From Candidatus Spongiisociaceae bacterium (lineage in GTDB: Bacteria > Actinomycetota > Acidimicrobiia > Spongiisociales > Spongiisociaceae), in contig OZ253564.1 in assembly GCA_965262915.1 (NCBI GenBank), positions 3,200,001 through 3,264,000 on the forward strand: DNA of 64,000 bases. The letters are read 5' to 3'. The position numbers were made by a program, and so were the translations under genes. Shown piece by piece: positions 43,627 to 54,554 of the stretch (positions are counted from its first letter, which is position 1; every line of letters starts with the position of its first letter). The notes below the pieces were generated by a model that was given only the letters and a program-made list of their open reading frames with translations, was not told the DNA's origin and ran no database searches.

Positions 43627-44871
43627 GTGAACGACCGTCTCAGCGTCCGCGACGTTCGCGTGCTCTCTGTTCAAGACCCCGGAATCCCCGTATCGCCCCT
43701 CGTCGATGTCGAGATCACCCACGGGCGGATCGTCTCGATCACACCGAGCGCCGACACCCGCCCGGGCAGCATCAACGGCCGTGGCCGGTTCCTCTTGCCC
43801 GGTCTCGTGAACGCCCACGACCACCTGTACTCGAAAGAGCTCCGCAACCCGACGACCGGCAACGACCTGAGGACGATGCGCCGGCTCATCGATCACCGCG
43901 ACGAGGCCCTGACCGTTGCCGTCATGATCCGCAACGCATGGGCCGAGATGGCCGAGGGTGTCCTCGTCGTAAGAGATCTCGGCGGCCGCCACGGTCTGAA
44001 CACCCGTGTAGCCGAAATCTTCTCGCGTCGCGTGGTACCGGGTCCGCTGTTGGTGGCGGCAGGCCGACCGATCGTCATGACGGGAGGGCATGTATCGAGC
44101 TTCGGTAGAGAGGCGGACGGCCCCGATGAGTGTCGCAAGGCGGTCAGAGAGCAACGGAGGGCCGGGGCCAGGGTCATCAAGATCATGGCCTCCGGTGGGC
44201 TCTCGAACTTCCCGCACGAAGACTACGGCGTGCCCGAATACTCCCCGGAGGAGCTCACCGCGATCACCCACGAGGCGCACAAACTCGGCCTTCCGACGTG
44301 CGCCCATGCGTTCGGCGCCGATGCGGTGGAAGGTGCAGTTCGCGCTGGAGTCGACTCAGTCGAACACGGTGTCCGGCTGACCGACAAAGTGCTCGAGATG
44401 ATGGTAAGCAGGGGAACGAGTTACGTCCCGACCATGGCGAACATGCAGCGGATAGCGTCCCCGGCAATGAACACCGCGCCGGGTACTTCAGAACGGGTCG
44501 AGCTGTTTGTAAGAGAAATCCTGGCTCCGCACCGCGATTCTGTGCGCTCTGCGATGGCGGCTGGCATCAAGATCGGTATTGGCACCGACAGCACCGGTAC
44601 GTTTCGAGAAGAGATCACTGCTCTGCGCGACATCGGAATGCCTCCGGAGCAAATCATCCGGGCGGCAACATGTGATGGCGCGGCGATCTGCGGCACAGAC
44701 GCAGGCATCATCGCAGAGGGACGACCGGCACTCTTCGGTCTCTACGCGTCCGACCCACGCAACGACGTTGCGACTCTCGTCGAGCCGACTGCCGTGTTCG
44801 TGTGGGACCGCCTCTACGAAAAGGATGCCCTCGTTGCAATGACCGGACCCGAGTTCGATGGGAGACCCTAA
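43627..44871 (+). CDS. Metal-dependent amidohydrolase (Xaa-Pro dipeptidase-like)
   Basis: NAHDH, KIMASGG, AHA, EHG, GTD. Confidence 0.88.
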   Translation: MNDRLSVRDVRVLSVQDPGIPVSPLVDVEITHGRIVSITPSADTRPGSINGRGRFLLPGLVNAHDHLYSKELRNPTTGNDLRTMRRLIDHRDEALTVAVMIRNAWAEMAEGVLVVRDLGGRHGLNTRVAEIFSRRVVPGPLLVAAGRPIVMTGGHVSSFGREADGPDECRKAVREQRRAGARVIKIMASGGLSNFPHEDYGVPEYSPEELTAITHEAHKLGLPTCAHAFGADAVEGAVRAGVDSVEHGVRLTDKVLEMMVSRGTSYVPTMANMQRIASPAMNTAPGTSERVELFVREILAPHRDSVRSAMAAGIKIGIGTDSTGTFREEITALRDIGMPPEQIIRAATCDGAAICGTDAGIIAEGRPALFGLYASDPRNDVATLVEPTAVFVWDRLYEKDALVAMTGPEFDGRP

Positions 44872-44995
44872 AAGGACCGCATCTCGGACAGGAGAGTGCC
44901 GGTGCTGGTTGGTAGGTTTGGACCGGTTGGGCTGACCGGCGGCGACAGACCTCCTCTTCGGATAACCGGAGGCGGGTACCGATATCATGCCCGGC

Positions 44996-45946
44996 ATGAA
45001 GCTCGCCTCCGTCCTGACGCCCCTGTCCGACGAGAACCTACGCATTGCGGCGCAGACCGGCGTCGAGGAGATCGTCGCTCGCTGCCCGAGAACCGATCTG
45101 TCCCGGCTAGACGCGATCAAGGCCAGGATCGAGTCCTTCGGGATGCGGCTCGGCGTCGTCGAGGGCGGACTGCCCATCAGCGCGATCAAACTCGGCACCG
45201 ACGACGGCACCGAGCTCGACCGGATGAAGGCTCTGGTGCGGCGCCTCGGCATGATGGGCGTGCCGATCGTCTGTTACAACTTCATGGCGGGCACGGACTG
45301 GATCCGTACCAGCATCGACGCACTCGAGCGCGGCGGATCGAAGGTCACCGCCTTCGATCGGAGCCGGCTCGCCAGCGCCCGGATACCAGGTCGTGAGCCC
45401 TACGACCGCGCTCTGGAGCCGGGGGTTCGGCGGGACGATCTCTGGAGGAACCTCGAGGCGTTCCTCACCGAGATCATCCCTGTGGCCCAGGAGACGGGTG
45501 TCATCTTGGCCATGCACCCCGACGATCCCCCCTTGCCCGAACTCCTCGGCAACGACCGGATCATGTGGGACGTCGAGGGGTTCGAGCGGCTCGTCTCGCT
45601 GGTGCCGAGCCCTTCGAATGCCATCGCGTTCTGCCAGGGCACCTTCTCGGAGATGGGCGTCGACATACCGGCCGCCATCCGCCGTCTGGGCCATCACATC
45701 GCCTACGTCCACTTCCGCGATGTGCGGGGCACTGCCGAGTCGTTCACCGAGACCTGGCAGGACAACGGACAGACCGACATGGTCGAGGCGATGCGGGCCT
45801 ATCACGAGGTCGGCTTCTCGGGCCCCATGCGGCCCGACCACGTACCTCAGATGGTCGGCGAGAAGGGCATCCCCGGGTACACCATGCTCGGTCGCCTCTA
45901 CGCGTACGGCTACATCCGCGGCCTCATCCAGGCGACCTCCCCCTGA
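44996..45946 (+). CDS. uxuA: Mannonate dehydratase
   Basis: VCYNFM, HPDDPP, FCQG, HFRDV, RPDH, GYTMLGR. Confidence 0.88.
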   Translation: MKLASVLTPLSDENLRIAAQTGVEEIVARCPRTDLSRLDAIKARIESFGMRLGVVEGGLPISAIKLGTDDGTELDRMKALVRRLGMMGVPIVCYNFMAGTDWIRTSIDALERGGSKVTAFDRSRLASARIPGREPYDRALEPGVRRDDLWRNLEAFLTEIIPVAQETGVILAMHPDDPPLPELLGNDRIMWDVEGFERLVSLVPSPSNAIAFCQGTFSEMGVDIPAAIRRLGHHIAYVHFRDVRGTAESFTETWQDNGQTDMVEAMRAYHEVGFSGPMRPDHVPQMVGEKGIPGYTMLGRLYAYGYIRGLIQATSP

Positions 45947-45956
45947 GCCTGCTCCC

Positions 45957-47231
45957 CTATCCGGCCGTGAACGCCGACATCGCCCGACCCACGCGGTCGA
46001 GAGTCTCGTCCACATCGGCATCGGTGTGGGCCGTAGACACGTACCAGATCCCACGGCCCGTCACCCACACGCCGTGCTCGACAAGCACCCTGCTGAACAC
46101 CGCATAGCGGTCGAGGTCGAGGCGTTGCAGGTCGGCCAATGACCGCACCGGTCCCTCTCCGAAGCCGACGTGGAACGCCATGGGCGGGCCCTGAACGTTC
46201 ATCTCCAGGCCGTGATCGCTCGCCAGCCTTCGCAGGCCGTCCTGTAGCCGGCCACCGATTGCGCCGAGCCGTCCGTAGGGCGGATCTTCCACCAGGACCC
46301 GGAGCGTGGCAGCGGTCGCCGCGCACGCCATCACGGAGGCGTTGAACGTCCCTGAGTGGTTGACCATGGCAGTCCCGAGCGGATCGAGGATCTCGGATCT
46401 CCCGGCGAACGCGGCCACCGGCCACCCGCCCGCCATCGCCTTGCCATAGGTGGCGAGATCGGGAGTCACCCCGTATCGCTCGGCTGCTCCGCCGAGGGCC
46501 ACACGGAAGCCGCCGATCACCTCGTCGAAGATCAACACCACCCCGTGCCGGTCGCACTCCGCACGCACGCCCTCCAAGTACCCCGGGCCCGGCTCGATGG
46601 CGCCTGCATTGAGCATCACCGGCTCCATGATCACGGCCGCGATCTCTGCGGATCGGGTGGCGAGCACCTCCTCGACCGCATCCAGATCGTTCCACGGAAC
46701 CATGATCGAGTCGTCGAGATGGCTTGCCATCTGACCCCCGCTCACCGGAACGGCCGAGCCGTCGGCGCCGACACCGGCGAGAACGTTGTCGACCCAGCCG
46801 TGGTAGTGGCCGGCGAACCTGACGAAGAGACACCGACCGGTGTATGACCTCGCCGCCCGGAGAGCCGCCTGCACCGCCTCGGTTCCGGTCATGGCGAACC
46901 GCACCCGATCAGCCCACCGGATCGCCGACAGCATCCGTTCGGCGGCCTCGATCTCCAGCTGGTGCTGCGCCCCGTACACCATCCCCCTACGGCAAGCCGC
47001 GTCCACCGCGTCGAGGACAGCGTCAGGGGCGTGACCGAGGAAGTTGGGACCCTGCCCGAGGAGGTAATCGATGTACTCGTTGCCGTCCACATCGACAAGC
47101 CGCGAGCCCTTGGCGTGGCTCAAGAAGACCTGGGGTCCCGTCAGCCGGACGTTCGAGTGCACACCGCCCGGCGTGAGGTTTCGAGCATGTCGGGCCAGCT
47201 CGCCCGAGCGGGTGGTGGAGTAATCGAGCAT
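45957..47231 (-). CDS. Class III PLP aminotransferase (GSA-aminomutase-like)
   Basis: PGGVHSNVR, TGTEA, YHG, FDEVI, GKAMAGG, SGTFN. Confidence 0.9.
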   Translation of the reverse strand: MLDYSTTRSGELARHARNLTPGGVHSNVRLTGPQVFLSHAKGSRLVDVDGNEYIDYLLGQGPNFLGHAPDAVLDAVDAACRRGMVYGAQHQLEIEAAERMLSAIRWADRVRFAMTGTEAVQAALRAARSYTGRCLFVRFAGHYHGWVDNVLAGVGADGSAVPVSGGQMASHLDDSIMVPWNDLDAVEEVLATRSAEIAAVIMEPVMLNAGAIEPGPGYLEGVRAECDRHGVVLIFDEVIGGFRVALGGAAERYGVTPDLATYGKAMAGGWPVAAFAGRSEILDPLGTAMVNHSGTFNASVMACAATAATLRVLVEDPPYGRLGAIGGRLQDGLRRLASDHGLEMNVQGPPMAFHVGFGEGPVRSLADLQRLDLDRYAVFSRVLVEHGVWVTGRGIWYVSTAHTDADVDETLDRVGRAMSAFTAG

Positions 47232-47361
47232 CTCGTCCCATCTGTTCGCAGTGCGACAGTTTATTTCACCATGCGAATCCAAACCGGCGGGCGACCTCAC
47301 AGCAACATCCGCTCCACCTACGCTACGACTCGTCCACGTATCGGACGATTAGAGGTGCGCC

Positions 47362-48942
47362 ATGTTCGATGTCGTTATTCGCAACGCTACGCTCGTCGAC
47401 GGGACCGGGGCACCCGCCCGACCCGCCGACGTCGGGATCTCCGGCGACCGGATCGAGGTGATCGGATCGCTCCCGGAGGACATCGAGGCGCGGACGATGA
47501 TCGACGCCGCCGGCAAGGTGCTCTGCCCCGGATTCGTCGACATCCACACCCATTCGGACCTGAGCCTGGTCGCAGACGGGGCCGGCGAGAGTAAGATCCT
47601 CCAGGGCGTCACCACAGAGGTCGTCGGTAACTGCTCGTTCGCCGCCTTCCCGATCGAGCCATCCCGGCTCGATCTGCACGCCGACCACCTGGCCCGGGCC
47701 ACCACCGCCATCACTCCCTGGTGGACCGATCTCGACGGGTATGCCGACGCCCTTCACGAAGAAGGGCTTGCCATCAATGTCGCCCCCCTGGCCGGTCACG
47801 GCACTCTGCGAGTGGCGGCGATGGGCGTCGACCAGCGCCCGCCGACAAGCGACGAGTTGACCCGGATGGAACGGGACCTCACCGTCGCCCTCGACCAGGG
47901 TGCCTTCGGGATGAGCACAGGCCTGACCCACGTTCCCAGCGCCTACGCCGCCTTCGACGAAGTGGCGGCGTTAGCAAGGGTGCTCGCCTCACGAGGAGCC
48001 CTCTACGCTACCCACTCCCGGATGAGCGGTACCTTCGAACGCGGGTCGGTCGGCGAGGCCATCGACCTCGGCCGCGAGACCGGTGTGACGGTGGAGTTCA
48101 GCCACCTCGCCATCAACAACCCGAGCCGCTGGGGCACCGGAACCGAATTGGTCGAGTTGTTCGACGAGGCAAGGGAATCCGGTATCGATATCTTCTTCGA
48201 CGTGTACCCCTACCACGCGTCATCGTCGTCGCTCACCCAGTACCTGCCGCCCTGGTTGCAGGCAGGCGGCACCGAGGCGATGCGGAGCCGTCTCGCAGAC
48301 CCGGTCACCCGCCACCGGGCCCTCGACGACATGACCGAGGGCTGGTTCGGCGGCATCCCCTGGCTGTGGGACCGCTTCGTGATCAGCGACTCGTCGGACG
48401 GGTACGGAGTTGCGAAGTCTCTCGAGGGGCTCGCCTACGAGACTGGTGTCGACCCTTACGAGTTGACCCTCCAACTGTGCGAGCGATACGGTAACGGGCT
48501 GCAGGTCGTCCTGTTCTATCGAACCGAAGAAGACGTCCAAGCTTTCCTCGCCCACCCGCTGGCCGTGGTGGGGTCCGACGGTAATGCCGTCCCGATCCAC
48601 CAGCCCCAGGCCCGCCCGCACCCGCGCAACTTCGGGACGTTCCCCCGAGTCCTCGGCAGGTATACGCGGGAGAAAGGCATCCTCTCGCTGGAGGAGGCCG
48701 TCCGGAAGATGTCCGCCGAACCTGCGAGGCGGCTCGGACTGACCAACCGTGGGGTGGTCCGGAAAGGCGCCATCGCCGACATCGTCGTCTTCGACCCGGA
48801 GACGGTGATCGACACCACCGACTTCGGCCAGATCCCTGCAGCGCCCATCGGCATCGAGATCGTGGTCGTGTCGGGGACGGTGATGGTCGACGACGGCGTC
48901 ATCTCGACCGACCGGCCGGGACACGTGCTGCGGTGGGTCTGA
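47362..48942 (+). CDS. N-acyl-D-amino-acid deacylase (D-aminoacylase)
   Basis: PGFVDIHTHSD, GVTTEVVGNC, DVYPY, GSDG, HPRNFGTFPR. Confidence 0.92.
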   Translation: MFDVVIRNATLVDGTGAPARPADVGISGDRIEVIGSLPEDIEARTMIDAAGKVLCPGFVDIHTHSDLSLVADGAGESKILQGVTTEVVGNCSFAAFPIEPSRLDLHADHLARATTAITPWWTDLDGYADALHEEGLAINVAPLAGHGTLRVAAMGVDQRPPTSDELTRMERDLTVALDQGAFGMSTGLTHVPSAYAAFDEVAALARVLASRGALYATHSRMSGTFERGSVGEAIDLGRETGVTVEFSHLAINNPSRWGTGTELVELFDEARESGIDIFFDVYPYHASSSSLTQYLPPWLQAGGTEAMRSRLADPVTRHRALDDMTEGWFGGIPWLWDRFVISDSSDGYGVAKSLEGLAYETGVDPYELTLQLCERYGNGLQVVLFYRTEEDVQAFLAHPLAVVGSDGNAVPIHQPQARPHPRNFGTFPRVLGRYTREKGILSLEEAVRKMSAEPARRLGLTNRGVVRKGAIADIVVFDPETVIDTTDFGQIPAAPIGIEIVVVSGTVMVDDGVISTDRPGHVLRWV

Positions 48943-49155
48943 CCGCTCCGGCGGCTCCGGTCAGTGGCCGGCGGCCTGCCAGGTTGTTGATGTCCTGCAG
49001 GCCGCCACGAGACGGGCCCCGGACCATGAACCACTGACGCCGGCGACAAGAACCAGGAGGTACGGTGTCGACAACGAGGAGTGTGTGGATAGGGTGACCT
49101 GGAACCTCGACGAAGACGGCTACCCGTACCGGACGTTGTTCCCCGGCGGCCCTGA

Positions 49156-49944
49156 GTGAACACGGCCGACCCGTTCGACCTGACCGGTAAGGTGGCCCTG
49201 GTAACAGGCGGCGGCACCCACCTGGGGCGAGCCATGGCCGAGACGCTCGCGGCCCACGGCGCCCACACCGTCATTGTCGGGCGTCGCGTCGAGGTCCTCG
49301 ACCAGGCAATCAAGCGTATTCGAGCCCAGGGCTCGATCTGCGAGGCGATGGTGATGGACATCACCGATGCCAACGAGGTCCACAATGTGACCCGTAGGAT
49401 CTCTGACACAGTGGGCCCGATCGACATCGCTGTCTGCAGTGCCGGCGCATCCGGCGAGAACCGTTATCCACCCCACTCCGACCTCGATGCTGTCCGCTCT
49501 ACGTTTGAGTCGCATCTGCTCGGGACCGTGACGACGGCCAACGCCGCCGCCCGCCAGATGATGGGCCGAGGGGGCGCCATCATCACCGTGTCATCGGTGC
49601 ACGGGTCGCTCGCCGCGGATCCTCGCCTCTACGAGGGACTCGCTATGAGCCAGCGGTCCAGCCTCGCCTACCAGGTCGCCAAGGCCGCGATCATCGGGCT
49701 CACCCGTAACCTTGCCGCCGAGTTGGGACGGTCGGGCATCCGCGTCAACTGCATCAGCCCCGGGCACATCCCCACGGACTCCGCCGACCCGGAGTTCGTC
49801 GCCCGGGTCGTCGACCGCAACGCACTCGGTATCGTCGGACGACCCGACGACCTCAAGGGGGCGGTTCTGTTGCTCGCGTCCGACGCAGGTCGGTTCATAA
49901 CCGGCCATAACCTCGTCATCGACGGGGGCTGGTCTATCTGGTAG
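49156..49944 (+). CDS. SDR oxidoreductase (gluconate 5-dehydrogenase-like)
   Basis: TGGGTHLG, YQVAK, NCISPG, ITGHNLVIDGG. Confidence 0.9.
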   Translation: MNTADPFDLTGKVALVTGGGTHLGRAMAETLAAHGAHTVIVGRRVEVLDQAIKRIRAQGSICEAMVMDITDANEVHNVTRRISDTVGPIDIAVCSAGASGENRYPPHSDLDAVRSTFESHLLGTVTTANAAARQMMGRGGAIITVSSVHGSLAADPRLYEGLAMSQRSSLAYQVAKAAIIGLTRNLAAELGRSGIRVNCISPGHIPTDSADPEFVARVVDRNALGIVGRPDDLKGAVLLLASDAGRFITGHNLVIDGGWSIW

Positions 49945-50393
49945 CCGATCACCCACAACATTCAGTGGCCGGTGGCCATTTGCCGGGTTAGGACCGTGAA
50001 CAGGGACCCCGGGTCCCTTACCAGTGGTTGGCGGCGACCGGGACAGTATTTCGATGGTTCCCGGCGTGTAGGACCAGATCGTCAGGTAGCGACGCAGACC
50101 CTTGTCGGTCATCGATGCACGACGGGGGACGACCCAGCGAAAGCCGATCAGTCGTGTTCTGCCCCGAACCGGCAAGGAAGGACGGTTGATCAACAGACTC
50201 GTGCCCTCGCTACGCTCAAGAAGACCCGGCGGTGGTCAGTCGGAAACGACAACCTCACCGATCACCGACCGCTGGTGCTGCTCACTTGTTCAGGCCTCAG
50301 CCGCTGATTGCCCCGACACATCGCTTCATCGGCCACCGGCCACTCGCGCCTGGCAAACACCGACCCGCTAACCCTGATCGAGAAAGGATCACG

Positions 50394-51872
50394 ATGAGAA
50401 TCGCAGCCCTCGGGCTCAGCCACGAATCGAACACATATGCACCGGTTCCCGCAACCCTCGACCGGTGGCTGGCCGCCGATCCGGTCGAGGGCGACGCCCT
50501 GGTGGCCAAGTTCGCCGAGTCCCAGGCGACCCTGGGCGGCTACCTGGAGCTCGCTTCCGAGCCCGGCATCGAGATCGTCCCACTCATCTTCTTCAGCCTG
50601 ACGCCGATGGGCCCGATGACCATCGAGGCGTTCGAGACCCTCGTCGGACGCCTCCTCGCCGACCTCGAGCAGCACGGACCGTGGGATGCCGTCCTCCTCG
50701 CCCTGCACGGCGCGGCTGTCTCGGAGGAGTACCGGGACGCCGACGGCGAGATCCTCAGACGGGTCCGTGCCCTCGTCGGACCCGACATCCCCATCGGTGT
50801 CTCGCTGGACATGCACGCCAACATCTCCCAGGCGATGGTCGACCACTCCACCGTCGTGAATACCTACATGACCAACCCGCACCTGGACGCCCGGCTACGG
50901 GCGCGTCTGGCAGCCGAACTCACCGTCCAAACCGTCCGCGAGAAGATCCGCCCCGTCATGTCCCTCGAGAAGCCACCGCTGGCCGTCAACATCCTTCGTC
51001 AAGGGACCGACGACTCCCCCATGCGCGAGATCGTCGCCTTCGCCCACGAGCAGGCGACACGGCCCGGAGTCCTGTCGGTGGGCGTCGCAGAAGGCTTCCC
51101 GTACGCCGATGTGGAGGAGATGGGAATGGCCTTCCTCGCCGTCACCGACGGCGACCCCGCCCTGGCGGCCGAGGTGGCGAGGGCGGTGGCCGACGAGGCG
51201 TGGAAGGTCCGCCTCGAGCTGAATGGCGACGGCGTGGCGATCGAAGAGGCCCTGCGAAGCGCTGCCGACGCCGACCGACGCCCCGTCGTTCTTCTCGACG
51301 TGGGCGACAATGTGGGCGGAGGAAGCCCCGGCGACTCCACCCATGCCCTCGCCGCGGCCCAGCGCCTCGGGATCGGAGGCCTGTTCCAGTCGTTGTGCGA
51401 CGCTGAAGCGGTCGAAGCGTGCAAAACGGCGGGCCTCGGTACGACGGTCCATCTCGAGGTCGGCGGCAAGACCGACGACCTCCATGGCAAGCCCGTCTCG
51501 ATCACCGGCACGGTGCGAATGCTCGACGAGGGGAAGTTCGAGGATCCGGGCGCCACTCACGGAGGCTTCCGCTTCTACGACAGCGGCCACCGGGCTGTGG
51601 TCCATACCACCGATGACCACACGCTGCTGATCGACAGCCTGCCGCTGGGGAACACGAGCCTTCAGCAGCTGATCAGCGCCGGGATCGACCCGTTGACCCA
51701 GCCCATAATCGTCGCCAAGGGCGTCCACTCCCCGCGGGCCGCGTTCGAGCCGATCGCCGCCGAGCTGATCTGGATGAACACACCCGGTTGCACAGGCGCC
51801 GACCTGAGCGGGCTTGTGTACGAGCACCGCCGCCGACCGATGTACCCATTCGAGGATGATGCCCGCTACTGA
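50394..51872 (+). CDS. M81/MlrC-family metallohydrolase 2
   Basis: HESNTY, LHGA, DMHAN, PHLD, DNVGGG, RRPMYPF; RBS GAAAGGA. Confidence 0.92.
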   Translation: MRIAALGLSHESNTYAPVPATLDRWLAADPVEGDALVAKFAESQATLGGYLELASEPGIEIVPLIFFSLTPMGPMTIEAFETLVGRLLADLEQHGPWDAVLLALHGAAVSEEYRDADGEILRRVRALVGPDIPIGVSLDMHANISQAMVDHSTVVNTYMTNPHLDARLRARLAAELTVQTVREKIRPVMSLEKPPLAVNILRQGTDDSPMREIVAFAHEQATRPGVLSVGVAEGFPYADVEEMGMAFLAVTDGDPALAAEVARAVADEAWKVRLELNGDGVAIEEALRSAADADRRPVVLLDVGDNVGGGSPGDSTHALAAAQRLGIGGLFQSLCDAEAVEACKTAGLGTTVHLEVGGKTDDLHGKPVSITGTVRMLDEGKFEDPGATHGGFRFYDSGHRAVVHTTDDHTLLIDSLPLGNTSLQQLISAGIDPLTQPIIVAKGVHSPRAAFEPIAAELIWMNTPGCTGADLSGLVYEHRRRPMYPFEDDARY

Positions 51873-51999
51873 GTCCCGCATCCAGGAACACCGACGACAA
51901 CCCGAGCGGAAGGGACGTTTCCTGAAGACACACCATCCGGATCCCACCTTCACGGCGCGCTCGAAGCACAGCTCAGGCCCGGCGATGAGGCGGCGACCC

Positions 52000-53298
52000 T
52001 CAGAACAGGGTGTGGGCGAGAGAGGTCACCTGATAGCCGTGGTCGACGATCGGGATAACCCTCCACTTGTCAAACGTCGTACACGGATGGGAGATGCCGA
52101 AGGCCACCAAGTCGCCGACAGCCAGGGGATCGTCGGGGCGCAGGTCGAGGTAGGCGTGCTGGTCGTTGACCGCGACGGCGCGGTACTCGGGCGCCGTCTC
52201 GACGACCGATGCCCCACGCCGCCGAACCTTCTTGACAACCGGGAGCAACCCGTCCGATGAAGCGTCCCGCCTGCCGACGCCGACGATCGCCCTGGTCGGC
52301 TCCGGCCGGGACAGGACCATTCCCCACACCTCGATGGCGGGAATCAGGTGGTCGGAGTGACCGGTCCTCCCCACCTCGCCCATCGGCGAGGCGCTGTGCA
52401 GGGACCCGTCGTCGTGGGACAGATAGCACCCGCTCCGGATGACCAACCGGACCGGGCGGTCGATGTCGAGGAGCGAGAACCGGGCGACCACCCGATCAAA
52501 GAAGGCGCTGCCGCCGGCGGTGACGACGATGTCGGGACTCGGCTCGAACCACCCACGACGGTCTATCTCGCGAGTGAGTTCAATGATCTGATCGAGGAAC
52601 TCGTCGACGACCTCTTGGGCGCTGCGGTCGCCCCGGGCTCCGAGAATGCCCTCGAACCCGGCGGTACCCGTCAGGGTGAGATATGGGGAGGCGTCGACCG
52701 CCCCGGCCACGACCAGACCGTCCTCGACCGTCCGGACGCCTGCCCGACCACCCGGAACCCCCATCTCGACCAGCACGGGAAACGGCCCATTGACCCCGAG
52801 TCGCCCGAGCACCTCGTCGAAGACGGCCACACCGGCGAGCGAGTCGACGTAACAGATGACATCGAAGCCCTCGGCCCTCGAGGCCGCCAGCCATTCGATC
52901 TCTCCCGGCGCAACCACCTCGTTGGCGATCAGCACCCGCGAAACGCCCACCTCCCGCATCACCTTGGCCTGCCAGGTGGTAGCGGCGGTGATCGCCCATG
53001 CCCCGTCGTCGATCTGGCGGCGGAACAACTCGGGTGACATCGTCGTCTTGCCATGGGGTGCGAGGTCCACCCCGTTCCGGAGGCAGAACTCACGCATCGT
53101 GGCGCCGTTGTGGTCGAGCGCCGACTCGTGCATGATCGCGATCGGATAAGGGATGTCGGGGTCGAAGACCGACCACCCGGTCGTTTCTTCGGCACGGAGC
53201 GGGAAACCCTTGGGCCGGGGGTTAGGGTCGCCGCCCATCGGAACAACTCCGGCCTTCGCCGACACCGGTGCCTGGCAGTTCTCCGAACTGTTACCCAT
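52000..53298 (-). CDS. PLP-dependent D-amino-acid deaminase (D-serine dehydratase-like, fold type III)
   Basis: PHGKTTMSP, TAGGSAFFD, RSGCY, NDQH, HPCTTFDKW. Confidence 0.88.
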   Translation of the reverse strand: MGNSSENCQAPVSAKAGVVPMGGDPNPRPKGFPLRAEETTGWSVFDPDIPYPIAIMHESALDHNGATMREFCLRNGVDLAPHGKTTMSPELFRRQIDDGAWAITAATTWQAKVMREVGVSRVLIANEVVAPGEIEWLAASRAEGFDVICYVDSLAGVAVFDEVLGRLGVNGPFPVLVEMGVPGGRAGVRTVEDGLVVAGAVDASPYLTLTGTAGFEGILGARGDRSAQEVVDEFLDQIIELTREIDRRGWFEPSPDIVVTAGGSAFFDRVVARFSLLDIDRPVRLVIRSGCYLSHDDGSLHSASPMGEVGRTGHSDHLIPAIEVWGMVLSRPEPTRAIVGVGRRDASSDGLLPVVKKVRRRGASVVETAPEYRAVAVNDQHAYLDLRPDDPLAVGDLVAFGISHPCTTFDKWRVIPIVDHGYQVTSLAHTLF

Positions 53299-53320
53299 CC
53301 GTGATCCTTCCTCGATGGTG

Positions 53321-53604
53321 TCACCCGGCGAGCGCCACACCCCATCCGCTTACGTGTATGGCTCCACCCTCGGGGGCCTCCCGGTGGGCTCGGTCGGGCT
53401 CAAGGCGGACCGCCACAACCCTACCGCTTCCATTGAGGACCGCATCGCCGGGGCCGACGTTCCGTAATATCGCCGGGGCCGAGGAGAGTGCTGAGCCATC
53501 CACCCCCGACCCGTCACTCGACGACGAAATGACTGGTCAGAGCGCGACGGGCCAAGAGCAATCGTAATTGTTAAGCCTTCTCCGAGGACAACGACGCTTC
53601 CCAC
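53321..53604 (-). pseudogene. Collapsed PfkB-family sugar kinase remnant
   Basis: N-terminal VGSVVVLGEGL and C-terminal signature NVGPGDAVL lie only ~140 bp apart, in operon position. Confidence 0.5.
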
Positions 53605-53623
53605 CTGACCGGGCTATACCCGT

Positions 53624-54391
53624 TCAGTAGTGGATCCAACCGCCGTCAACGTTGATCACCTGGCCCGTCACGAAGGCGCTCTCGTCACTGGCCAGGTAGA
53701 CGAACGTCCCAGTGAGATCCGCGGCGTAGCCTCGCCTTGGAAGGCATTGGCGTTCGGCGGCCTTCGCCGCTAGCTCTCGCTCATCGACTCCGAGACCCAC
53801 CTCGTGCTCGGTTCGGATCGCGCCCGGCATCACTGCATTCACCCTGATCCCCTGCTTGCCCACTTCGCGGGCGAGGGCGCGAGTCAGACCGATGATGGCC
53901 GCCTTGGACGTGACGTAGTCGAGCAACCCCGCCATGCCCAGTTCGGTGGTGACGCTGGTCACGGTGATGATGCTCCCCCGACCCTTGCGGACCATGCCCT
54001 CGTGGACGGCCCGGGCGCAGAGGAATGTTCCCCGTACGTTGACCGCATGCGTGTGGTCCCATTGCTCCAGAGGAATCTCGGTCCACAGAGACCGGCGCGA
54101 GTAGGCCGCGTTGGCAACGAGTACGTCGACTTCGCCGAACTGGCGCCGGGCGGCCTCCACCAAGCGGTCGACTTGCTCCGGCACGGAAATGTCAGCAGCC
54201 ACCTTGATCGCGTCGCCGCCCGTTTCCACGATCCGGTCCACGACCTCGTCGGCCAGAGCGTCCATCTGCTGCTCTGGGATCGTGTTAACGACCACAGCGG
54301 CACCCTCTGACGCGAACGCCTCGGCAACCGACGCGCCGATCCCCCTCGACGCCCCCGTCACGATCGCAACCCGTCCATCCAGCCGACCCAT
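53624..54391 (-). CDS. SDR oxidoreductase
   Basis: TGASRGIG, YVTSK, NAVMPGAI, VDGG. Confidence 0.92.
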   Translation of the reverse strand: MGRLDGRVAIVTGASRGIGASVAEAFASEGAAVVVNTIPEQQMDALADEVVDRIVETGGDAIKVAADISVPEQVDRLVEAARRQFGEVDVLVANAAYSRRSLWTEIPLEQWDHTHAVNVRGTFLCARAVHEGMVRKGRGSIITVTSVTTELGMAGLLDYVTSKAAIIGLTRALAREVGKQGIRVNAVMPGAIRTEHEVGLGVDERELAAKAAERQCLPRRGYAADLTGTFVYLASDESAFVTGQVINVDGGWIHY

Positions 54392-54554
54392 TTCTACTAC
54401 CTCTCGTTCACCCACCGTCCGGTCGGTGCGATGCCGTCACCGGTTCAGCCGGCCTCGACCCTCGAGCCGGAGCAGTCGATACCGGATCGCGTCCCAGGCC
54501 GTGGTCTCACCGGACAGTCTCGTGGTCGGGACGGCGACGCCGGCGAGCGCTCCG

